A stretch of 64,000 bases of DNA from Eubacteriales bacterium (GTDB lineage: Bacteria > Bacillota > Clostridia > Oscillospirales > CAG-272). The notes under the pieces are model-generated. The model was not told the origin of the DNA and did not search any database. It saw only the letters and a program-made list of their open reading frames with translations. Location: positions 210,000 to 273,999 of the forward strand of contig JAZLLY010000016.1 of assembly GCA_045598385.1 (NCBI GenBank), written 5' to 3'. Positions 56,446 to 63,397 of the stretch are shown piece after piece (position 1 is the stretch's first letter; each line of letters starts with the position of its first letter). Made by a program: the position numbers and the translations under genes.

Positions 56446-56611
56446 ATGGTAATAGATGAACAAACAAGTCGCATTAACGCCAAAATGGGCGTATCATATA
56501 AGCGAAAAACATAGCGGAAGAAAAAAATTACTCTTCCTATCATATTTATATTGACAAGTTTTTTCGATTATGATATCATGTTTATATCATAACGTTCATC
56601 TATTACCATAA
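56446..56611. promoter_or_regulatory. Invertible-promoter-like element (inverton candidate), promoter currently facing away from the giant lipoprotein gene (OFF)
   Basis: Perfect 17-bp inverted repeats: TATGGTAATAGATGAAC (56446-56462) and GTTCATCTATTACCATA (56595-56611). They flank 132 bp. The insert carries, on the plus strand, TTGACA (56552-56557), a 17-nt spacer and TGaTATCAT (-10 at 56575-56580). Confidence 0.65.
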
Positions 56612-56641
56612 TAGGCGGATTTTTTGCATAGTCGAAAATAC

Positions 56642-56675
56642 AAAAGGAAACAGGAAAAAACTGTTTCCTTTTTTT
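56642..56675. terminator. Bidirectional terminator on the distal side of the 56.5-kb switch
   Basis: AAAGGAAACAG-gaaaaaa-CTGTTTCCTTT followed by TTTT. On the minus strand the hairpin is also followed by TTTTGTATTTT. Confidence 0.7.
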
Positions 56676-56679
56676 GAGC

Positions 56680-56828
56680 GCGGCGACTTCACCTTTGAGG
56701 TCAACGGCGCCGCGTTCCAGCGGCTCGAAAAAGAGGCGAAAACGGCGTATTTCGCCTACGCCCTCCCGGCGCAAACAGGAAAGACGCTCATCGAAAAAAT
56801 AGAAAAATACAAAGAAAAAAGACAATAA
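56680..56828 (+). pseudogene. Orphan 3' fragment (last ~49 codons) of the sugar phosphate isomerase gene
   Basis: It encodes GDFTFEVNGAAFQRLEKEAKTAYFAYALPAQTGKTLIEKIEKYKEKRQ-stop, nearly identical to the end of 50482-51384. There is no upstream coding sequence or start codon. Confidence 0.85.
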
Positions 56829-56846
56829 TCGACAGAAAAAATATAA
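56680..56846. repeat. Direct repeat copy B
   Basis: Matches 51236-51402 (167 bp, 4 mismatches). Confidence 0.9.
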
Positions 56847-56873
56847 GGGAACAGAAAAATCTGTTCCCTTTTT
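56835..56873. terminator. Terminator hairpin following repeat copy B
   Basis: AGGGAACAG-aaaaat-CTGTTCCCT followed by TTTT. Confidence 0.65.
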
Positions 56874-56910
56874 GGATTGAATCTGATTTTTTCAAATGCC
56901 GCTCGGCAAA

Positions 56911-56938
56911 AACAACTAATAGTTAATAGTTATTAGTT
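56911..56938 (-). terminator. AT-only palindrome, probable tsf terminator
   Basis: CAACTAATA-gttaatagt-TATTAGTTG. On the minus strand it is followed by TTTTTG. Confidence 0.5.
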
Positions 56939-56948
56939 GCGCCTGCGC

Positions 56949-57869
56949 TTAGCCGTTGACCATTTTGGCGATCTCCGCCGCGAAGTCCTCTTCTCTCTTC
57001 TGGAGGCCTTCGCCTTTGTCGTAACGAACGTAGCCCTTGACTTTGATCTCGCCGCCGAGTTCTTTGGCGACGGAGGCAACGTACTTCGCCACGGTCATGG
57101 AATCGTCTTTCACGTAAAGCTGATCCATGAGGCAGTTGGTCTCGTAGAACTTACCGAGTTTGCCGATGACGATCTTTTCGAGGACCTGAACGGGCTTGCC
57201 CGCCATTTTCGGATCCTGCTGCATCTGCTTGATGAGGATCTCTTTTTCCTCGGCGATCACCTCTGCGGGGACGGAATCACGGTCGAGATACTGAACGGGC
57301 ATAGCGGCGGTCTGGAGCGCGACGTTCTTCGCGCACTCGGCAAAGCCGTCCTTGCCGGCGAGGTCGGTGTCAAAGGAAATGATGACGCCGGTCTGACCGA
57401 GGCCGTGGATGTAAGTGGATACGGTGCCTTCGACGACCGTGAAACGGCGGATCGAAAGTTTTTCACCGATCTTGTAGGTTTTTTCGGCAAGGGCGTCTTT
57501 CACGGTGCCCTCTCCGTTTGCCATGTTGCAGTCCATCAGGGCGTCAACGTCGGCAGGTTTGTTCGCGATGACGGTTTTCAGGATGTCTTTGACAAATTCC
57601 TGGAACACGGCGTTCTTCGCGACGAAGTCGGTTTCGGAGTTGACTTCGATGATCGCGGTCGTATCACCGACCGTCATGATATCGACAAGTCCCTCTGCGG
57701 CGATACGGTTTGCCTTTTTCGCGGTGGCAGCCATACCTTTTTCACGGAGGATCTTGACAGCGGCTTCAAAATCGCCGTTCGCGTCTTTGAGAGCGTTTTT
57801 GCAGTCCATCATACCGCAACCGGTCTGTTTTCTGAGCTCGGCTACGTCTTTAGCGGAAAATTCAGCCAT
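56949..57869 (-). CDS. tsf: Translation elongation factor Ts
   Basis: N-terminal UBA-like AELRKQTGCGMMDCKNAL. 306 aa from the Met at 57869, which follows AAGGAG. Confidence 0.95.
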   Translation of the reverse strand: MAEFSAKDVAELRKQTGCGMMDCKNALKDANGDFEAAVKILREKGMAATAKKANRIAAEGLVDIMTVGDTTAIIEVNSETDFVAKNAVFQEFVKDILKTVIANKPADVDALMDCNMANGEGTVKDALAEKTYKIGEKLSIRRFTVVEGTVSTYIHGLGQTGVIISFDTDLAGKDGFAECAKNVALQTAAMPVQYLDRDSVPAEVIAEEKEILIKQMQQDPKMAGKPVQVLEKIVIGKLGKFYETNCLMDQLYVKDDSMTVAKYVASVAKELGGEIKVKGYVRYDKGEGLQKREEDFAAEIAKMVNG

Positions 57870-57891
57870 TTTTCGTTCTCCTTTTATTCTA

Positions 57892-58650
57892 TTATTCGGC
57901 GTCGGCAGCCGCGACTTCTTCCGCGGGTGCTTCCTCGGTCGCTTCGGCAGCGGGAACTTCTTCCTGTACACCGCCGTGTGCGGCGATCACGGCATCGGCA
58001 AGCGCGCCGCTGATCAGTTTGATGGCGCGGATGGCGTCATCGTTACCGGGGATGATATAATCGGCGTCGTCGGGATCGCAGTTGGTATCGACGATAGCCA
58101 CGACGGGAATACCGAGTTTCTTTGCTTCCAGAACGGCGTTTCTTTCCTTGTGCGTGTCAACGATGAATACGCAGGAAGGAAGAGCGTCCATCTCTTTGAT
58201 ACCGCCGTATGCTTTTTCCAGATCGGCGATCTCTTTCTGTTTCTTCGCGACTTCTTTCTTGGGAAGAAGATCGAAGGTTCCGTCAAGCTGCATTTTCTCA
58301 AGATCCTTGAGGCGCTTGATGGATTTACGGATGGTGTGGAAGTTGGTGAGCATACCGCCCGGCCAACGCACATTGACGTAGTACATACCGCATCTCTGTG
58401 CTTCTTCGCGGATGGTCTCCGCTGCCTGCTTCTTCGTACCGATGAAAAGAACGGTGCCGTTCTCGGCGGCAACGGAAGAAACGAAATTGTACGCTTCCTC
58501 GAACTTCTTTACGGTCTTCTGAAGGTCAACGATATGAATACCGTTTCTCTGGGTGAAGATGTACTCTGCCATCTTCGGATTCCACTTCTTGGTCGGGTGA
58601 CCGAAGTGAACGCCTGCTTCAAGCAACTGCTTGATCGTGATTTCGAACAT
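57892..58650 (-). CDS. rpsB: 30S ribosomal protein S2
   Basis: Contains [10 protein letters not shown] and [17 protein letters not shown]. The rpsB-tsf order is conserved. Confidence 0.95.
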   Translation of the reverse strand: MFEITIKQLLEAGVHFGHPTKKWNPKMAEYIFTQRNGIHIVDLQKTVKKFEEAYNFVSSVAAENGTVLFIGTKKQAAETIREEAQRCGMYYVNVRWPGGMLTNFHTIRKSIKRLKDLEKMQLDGTFDLLPKKEVAKKQKEIADLEKAYGGIKEMDALPSCVFIVDTHKERNAVLEAKKLGIPVVAIVDTNCDPDDADYIIPGNDDAIRAIKLISGALADAVIAAHGGVQEEVPAAEATEEAPAEEVAAADAE

Positions 58651-58769
58651 TTTTCATGTTCCTCCTTGGTTTTTTCCGCCACGGCGTCCATTGCTGCGAC
58701 TCTTTTGAGCACCGGCAACAAAGCCAAACGTCGTGTGAGATTTATTTTTCCGCGCAAGCGGACTCATGT

Positions 58770-58798
58770 ATTATACATAAGCGCGCGTGAAATTGCAA
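58770..58798 (-). promoter_or_regulatory. Promoter for rpsB-tsf
   Basis: Minus strand: TTGCAA, 17-nt spacer, TGtTATAAT. This leaves a leader of about 115 nt. Confidence 0.55.
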
Positions 58799-58889
58799 CG
58801 GTTTTGCAGGTGAAAAATAAATAATTTACAAAAAGTTCACAAATTGGATTCCGGAAATGAAAAATAAAGGCGCCGGAGGGCGCTTTCTC

Positions 58890-58918
58890 TTGCATTATCG
58901 GGATTTTTGTGCTACAAT
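58890..58918 (+). promoter_or_regulatory. Promoter candidate
   Basis: TTGCAT, 17-nt spacer, TACAAT with an upstream TG. Confidence 0.45.
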
Positions 58919-58946
58919 ATCGGTATTCCAAGCGCGCGGAGGTCCT

Positions 58947-59618
58947 ATGAAAAAGAGCATTGCGGCACGGTTTCTCGTTTTTTCATCCCTTTTTTATTTT
59001 CTCGCTTTCCTTTTGCCCTATTTTGCCGGATCCGGGTTCTTTTTCTATTTTGCCGACTTTTTTCAGCGCTTCGTGATCCTGCTCGTCCCGGTCGGGACGG
59101 CGGCGCTCCTGTTGCCCCGCGCCTATGAAGAAAAGCCGCGGCATCTTTTCTTATTCTCGTTTTTGTTTTCTCTGCCGATTACGGCTTACACGCTTTTGTC
59201 CGGCTATCTCGACGTTTTCGATTACGGATTTTCGACGGGCGGTGCCTTGCTCATCAGTCTTTGTCTGTCCGTTCTTTACGCGTTTTTCGTCGGGCTTTTG
59301 GTTTTCCTTGCTCTTCTGCTGTTGCGCTTTCTCCTTTCCCGCGTGAAAAAGGAAGACGCGGACGGGGGCAGCGCTTTCGATTTCGGAAAAAAAGTGCCGT
59401 TTTCCGTCGGGGTGATCAACGCCGTCTATACGCTCGGCACTCTGCTTTACGAGATCGTCAGCACCGCTATTTTCCTCTGCCGTTATTTTGACTCTTACTC
59501 TCTCTCGGAGATCCTCTATATCGGTTGTGTGATCCCTCTCATTTTCGCGTTTTTCTTCCCCGTTCAGAAGATCGCGGTCGGAATCGCACGCGGCGCGGAA
59601 AACGCGCGGAAATCATAA
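58947..59618 (+). CDS. Polytopic membrane protein, unknown function
   Basis: 223 aa with about six hydrophobic helices. The ATG at 58947 follows GGAGG. Confidence 0.5.
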   Translation: MKKSIAARFLVFSSLFYFLAFLLPYFAGSGFFFYFADFFQRFVILLVPVGTAALLLPRAYEEKPRHLFLFSFLFSLPITAYTLLSGYLDVFDYGFSTGGALLISLCLSVLYAFFVGLLVFLALLLLRFLLSRVKKEDADGGSAFDFGKKVPFSVGVINAVYTLGTLLYEIVSTAIFLCRYFDSYSLSEILYIGCVIPLIFAFFFPVQKIAVGIARGAENARKS

Positions 59619-60191
59619 CGCGGCGAACCTTTCGATCCCGTCTTTTTCGGTCAGTTTTTCCGCGTGTTCCCGGATGCAGGGAAAAAGACTTTTCGGCACG
59701 CTGTCGCCGTATTCGCACAGACAGAGATAATCCGCCTTTTTGTCCTCTCTTTTCAGGACCGTAAGATAATAACTGCCGTCCTCCCCGAGATAAACGTCGC
59801 TCTCTTCCCTGCCTCCCGAGGCAAGGACCGTCCGGGCCGCCATTTTCAGCAAATCGAGGTCGGAAAAACGATAGGTCAACCGCTCGGTTTTAAGCGTCGT
59901 CACCCTGTCACTCTCCTCGATTTTTCTGACGCCGGCGGGGGACAGTTTTCCGAGTTTTGTGACGAAGAGTTCCCCGCCGCCGTCCGTTTTCGGATACATC
60001 TGCAACAATACGCGTTCTTCCCCGACGTCAAACCGTTTTTCGGCTTTGGCTTCGTCGAGGATCTTCCAAAAGATCTTCCGGTACTTCGGATCGTCGTAAT
60101 CCGTCCTTTCGGACGTGAGTCCGTAGTACGCCATGTCTTTCGCATCCAGCGTGATTTTCATTTTGTGATCGGAAATGATAAGATACCGCAT
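59613..60191 (-). CDS. mecA: Adaptor protein MecA-like
   Basis: 192 aa. The N-terminal KITLDAKDMAYYGL and the overall size and charge pattern resemble MecA. Confidence 0.65.
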   Translation of the reverse strand: MRYLIISDHKMKITLDAKDMAYYGLTSERTDYDDPKYRKIFWKILDEAKAEKRFDVGEERVLLQMYPKTDGGGELFVTKLGKLSPAGVRKIEESDRVTTLKTERLTYRFSDLDLLKMAARTVLASGGREESDVYLGEDGSYYLTVLKREDKKADYLCLCEYGDSVPKSLFPCIREHAEKLTEKDGIERFAAL

Positions 60192-60224
60192 ATTCTCTCC
60201 TTATCATTCTATTATACGATCTTC

Positions 60225-60307
60225 CCCGCGACCTGTCACAGAACGGTGAGTTCGAGACCTTCCTCACCGTGCCGTACGGCAACAAAAACAAAACTAAAGG
60301 AAACGCC
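60225..60307 (+). ncRNA. Candidate preQ1 riboswitch leader of queT (class uncertain)
   Basis: Hairpin GGTGAG-TTCGAGACCTTC-CTCACC, then GCCG-ta-CGGC, then the A-rich tail CAACAAAAACAAAACTAAAGGAAAC. The GGAA of the RBS region can pair with TTCC in the first loop. The downstream gene is queT. Confidence 0.4.
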
Positions 60308-60844
60308 ATGAACCGCAAAAAAATCCGATTTCTCACCTGCGGCGCCGCGATCGCCGCGCTCTATTTCGCCCTGACGCTTTTGTCCTCTCTTTTCGGGCTT
60401 TCGAGCGGGGCGATCCAATGCCGGCTTTCGGAAGCGCTGTGCATTCTGCCCGCCTTTTTGCCGGAGGCGGTCCCGGGACTTTTTCTCGGTTGTCTTCTGT
60501 CGAATCTTCTTTCCGGCAATATCTTTGATATTCTGATCGGCAGCGCGGCGACGCTGATCGGCGCCGTCGGCACGCGGCTTCTGCGCCGTGTCCGGTACCG
60601 CGTCCTGCTCCCGCTCCCCACCGTACTTGCCAATACGATTTTCATTCCCGCCGTACTTCTTCTGATGGCAAAAACGCCGTTTACGCCCGTCGCGTATCTG
60701 ACTTTTGCCGCGACCGTATGCGCCGGTGAATGTCTTTGCGCACTTATTCTCGGTACTTTGCTCGACCGTCTGCTTCTTCGCTCACGCCTTTTCTCCAAGG
60801 AGGAATTATGGGAAAACTTCACACCTTCGAAAAAGAAAAACTGA
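60308..60844 (+). CDS. queT: QueT queuosine-precursor transporter (ECF S-component-like)
   Basis: 178 aa and multi-pass. The N-terminus (AIAALYFALTLL...IQCRLSEAL) is typical of QueT. Confidence 0.75.
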   Translation: MNRKKIRFLTCGAAIAALYFALTLLSSLFGLSSGAIQCRLSEALCILPAFLPEAVPGLFLGCLLSNLLSGNIFDILIGSAATLIGAVGTRLLRRVRYRVLLPLPTVLANTIFIPAVLLLMAKTPFTPVAYLTFAATVCAGECLCALILGTLLDRLLLRSRLFSKEELWENFTPSKKKN

Positions 60845-61353
60845 TCGTCGGCGTCATCTATCACGATCCCGCCGTTCTGGAGCGGGGACTTTCGATGCTC
60901 ACGGACGCTTTCGGTCCCACCGACGACGTCACCGAGGAATTCTCCTTTTCCCGCGATTTTTCCACCTATTACGACGATGAGATCGGCGGGGAGGGCTTCC
61001 GCCGCATTTACAGTTTCGAGACGCTCGTCGATCCCGCAAGGCAGGCAGAGATCAAGACTTTGACCAACGCGATGGAAAAAGAACTCTCGGTCGGAGAGGA
61101 TCGGAAGATCAATCTCGATCCCGGATTTCTCAACATCGGACGCGTCATGCTCGCGACGACGAAGCCCGCGTATTTCCGTATTCCCCTCGCGGACGGTATC
61201 TACACCGAACTGACGCTCTTTTACGGGCGCGGCGTATGGAACAAGTTGCCCTGGACCTACCGCGATTATCAGAGCCCGCTCGTGCAGGAATTTCTCACGC
61301 GGGTACACAAAAAATATCTCGCGCAAAGAAAAGATGCGGCAAAGAACCCCTGA
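60808..61353 (+). CDS. DUF4416-family protein
   Basis: 181 aa. Contains the KLIVGVIY and RKINLDPGFL motifs. The ATG at 60808 follows AAGGAGG. It overlaps queT by 37 nt. Confidence 0.6.
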   Translation: MGKLHTFEKEKLIVGVIYHDPAVLERGLSMLTDAFGPTDDVTEEFSFSRDFSTYYDDEIGGEGFRRIYSFETLVDPARQAEIKTLTNAMEKELSVGEDRKINLDPGFLNIGRVMLATTKPAYFRIPLADGIYTELTLFYGRGVWNKLPWTYRDYQSPLVQEFLTRVHKKYLAQRKDAAKNP

Positions 61354-61360
61354 CCTTTCA

Positions 61361-61389
61361 AAAGACACGGAATTTTTCCGTGTTTTTTT
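61361..61389 (+). terminator. Rho-independent terminator
   Basis: ACACGGAA-ttt-TTCCGTGT followed by TTTTTT. Confidence 0.75.
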
Positions 61390-61390
61390 A

Positions 61391-61434
61391 TTGACAAAGA
61401 AACGGGCTTGTGATATAATGAAACCGCAAGTTTC
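61391..61434 (+). promoter_or_regulatory. lexA promoter with overlapping palindromic operator candidate
   Basis: TTGACA (61391-61396), 17-nt spacer, TGaTATAAT (-10 at 61414-61419). The palindrome GAAAC-cgcaa-GTTTC (61420-61434) follows immediately. Confidence 0.6.
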
Positions 61435-61451
61435 TTCAAAAGAGGTGCCGC

Positions 61452-62069
61452 ATGAGACCGATCAATCTCGATAAACTCGAAAAGCTCGCGGATTATATCC
61501 GGGAATACGCTTTTGAAAACAACGGCGATATGCCCGCGCTTTCCGAGATCATGGAGGCGCAGCGTCTTTCCAAGGCGACGGCGTACCGCTATCTTCTCCT
61601 GCTGGATGAAAAAGGCGTCGTGCGCTACAACGGAAAAGGCACCCTCGATCTTCCCGACAAGAACAATTCGCAGAAAAAATACCACTCGATCCGCCTCCCG
61701 ATCTTCGGCAGGATCATCTGCGGCACGCCGGAGGAGGAAGAACAGTATAACGAGGGATACCTCGCCGTTCCCGAAGAATGGGTGGAGGGCGACTGCTTTC
61801 TGCTCCGCGCGAAAGGCGATTCCATGGCGGACGTCGGCGTCGGCGCGGGCGATCTCGTCCTCGTGAAAAAAACGAACGAGGCGCAAAAGGGACAGATAAT
61901 CGTCGCGCTGACCGAGGACGGCAACACGCTCAAGCGTCTGGATTACGAAGACGGCAAGCCGATTTTGCGCGCCGAAAACCGGACGTATCAGCCCGAAAAG
62001 CGGATTATCCGCCCGAAGCGGCTTGAAATACAGGGCATCGCGCTGAAAATCATCAAGGATATTGCGTGA
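61452..62069 (+). CDS. lexA: LexA-type transcriptional repressor (S24 peptidase)
   Basis: N-terminal winged HTH. The S24 catalytic Ser is in AKGDSM and the Lys in GNTLKR. 205 aa. Confidence 0.85.
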   Translation: MRPINLDKLEKLADYIREYAFENNGDMPALSEIMEAQRLSKATAYRYLLLLDEKGVVRYNGKGTLDLPDKNNSQKKYHSIRLPIFGRIICGTPEEEEQYNEGYLAVPEEWVEGDCFLLRAKGDSMADVGVGAGDLVLVKKTNEAQKGQIIVALTEDGNTLKRLDYEDGKPILRAENRTYQPEKRIIRPKRLEIQGIALKIIKDIA

Positions 62070-62161
62070 CGCTTTGCGGAAAATGCCGTTTCCCGCCGAC
62101 GAAAGAGCAAAAGGAAGAAAAATCATGACACCGTACGAGAAAATTGACAAAGGTGAGAAAA

Positions 62162-62989
62162 ATGGAAAATTTTGAATTGCTTGAAAAGATCATGGACGTC
62201 TGTGCCATGCTTGACGCCGACGAGTTTCCGGAACTTTGCGCATATCTGGATTCCGTCACGGATGAAGTGCGCGGCGTTACGGAGGATGCGTATGAATTAG
62301 CCAATCGGATCCTTTTGTGCGATAAGCCGTCTCTCCTTCCCCCGTTCATCCGGGATTTCATCGTGGAACTCTTCGAGGACGCATTCGACGCGGGTAACGC
62401 GGAAGCCATGAACGATCTCGGGGCACAGTATTACGACGGATCCCGCGGCTTTGAGCAGGATTTTTCAAAAGCCGTCCGTTGTTACGAACTCGCGGCGGAA
62501 AACGGGAGCCGGCAGGCGCAGGAGAATCTCGGATATTGCTATTATTACGGCAGGAATATGCCGGTGGATTACGAAAAGGCGTTCCATTATTTTGCACTCG
62601 GCGCGTTCGAAGGTCATTTGATTTCTCTTTACAAAATCGGTGATATGTACGCCGCCGGATATTATGTGCAAAAGAACGAAAAAGAGGCTTTCCTGATCTA
62701 CGAGCATTGTATCCACAGCATGACGGACGCGGCGGCACCGATCGTGGCAGGCCCCGTTTTTCTCCGTTTGGCTCGGTGTTATCTTGACGGAAAAGGGACG
62801 GAAAAAGACGCAAAATCTGCCCTGATTTGTTTTCAAAAAGCCGAGACTTTCCTCTACGATATGGTAAAAAACGGTGACACGATGTACAAAAAAAGTCTTC
62901 TTGCCGCCATCGAAGGACAAGCAGCGGCAAGAAACGTTCTGCTTTCGCGGCTTTCCGAGAAACAATGGCTGGACGGAAAGCGCGATTGA
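62162..62989 (+). CDS. Sel1-like (SLR/TPR) repeat protein
   Basis: The motif A...LG..Y..G.GV..D..KA..(W/Y)(Y/F)..AA..G recurs several times. The ATG at 62162 follows AAAGGTGAG. Confidence 0.8.
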   Translation: MENFELLEKIMDVCAMLDADEFPELCAYLDSVTDEVRGVTEDAYELANRILLCDKPSLLPPFIRDFIVELFEDAFDAGNAEAMNDLGAQYYDGSRGFEQDFSKAVRCYELAAENGSRQAQENLGYCYYYGRNMPVDYEKAFHYFALGAFEGHLISLYKIGDMYAAGYYVQKNEKEAFLIYEHCIHSMTDAAAPIVAGPVFLRLARCYLDGKGTEKDAKSALICFQKAETFLYDMVKNGDTMYKKSLLAAIEGQAAARNVLLSRLSEKQWLDGKRD

Positions 62990-63087
62990 TCACGGACAAC
63001 GCCGGATAGCGGCGTAAAGCAAAAAACACCGTATCGTTGGCGTGGCGTATGCGTATTTCCTGAAGAAAAACAATATCCATATTCTGA

Positions 63088-63342
63088 ATGCAAAATGAAG
63101 TGAGGTGTCCCGGGGTGACCGACTGTAAATATCCGATTGCCAAGTGCCCGAAGTGCGGGCGGACGATCGTTTACTCGGACGATCCGAGGGACAAAAAGAA
63201 CGTGAGTCTTTGCGAGGCGACGGCAGATTATCACGGAAGAACCGTGCTTTGCGCCAAGTGCAAGACCATGCTCGCCATCATCGAAAAGCCGAAAGCGGCA
63301 AAAGACGTGACCCGCGTTCCCATCGTGAACGCCGATTTCTGA
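63088..63342 (+). CDS. Small zinc-ribbon protein, unknown function
   Basis: 84 aa with CPKCG ... CAKCK Cys pairs. The call is supported only by the ORF and the motif. Confidence 0.4.
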   Translation: MQNEVRCPGVTDCKYPIAKCPKCGRTIVYSDDPRDKKNVSLCEATADYHGRTVLCAKCKTMLAIIEKPKAAKDVTRVPIVNADF

Positions 63343-63397
63343 AAGCAACGGGAAAACGGACGTCATAAGAACGACCGATCCGGGAAAGGATACCAAT

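Noticed and set aside
56568-56825. 85-aa minus-strand ORF (MSFFFVFFYFF...), and its twin 50491-51381(-).
   Set aside because: Both are antisense shadows of the sugar phosphate isomerase 3' end and its duplicated fragment. The sense strand encodes the conserved protein tail.
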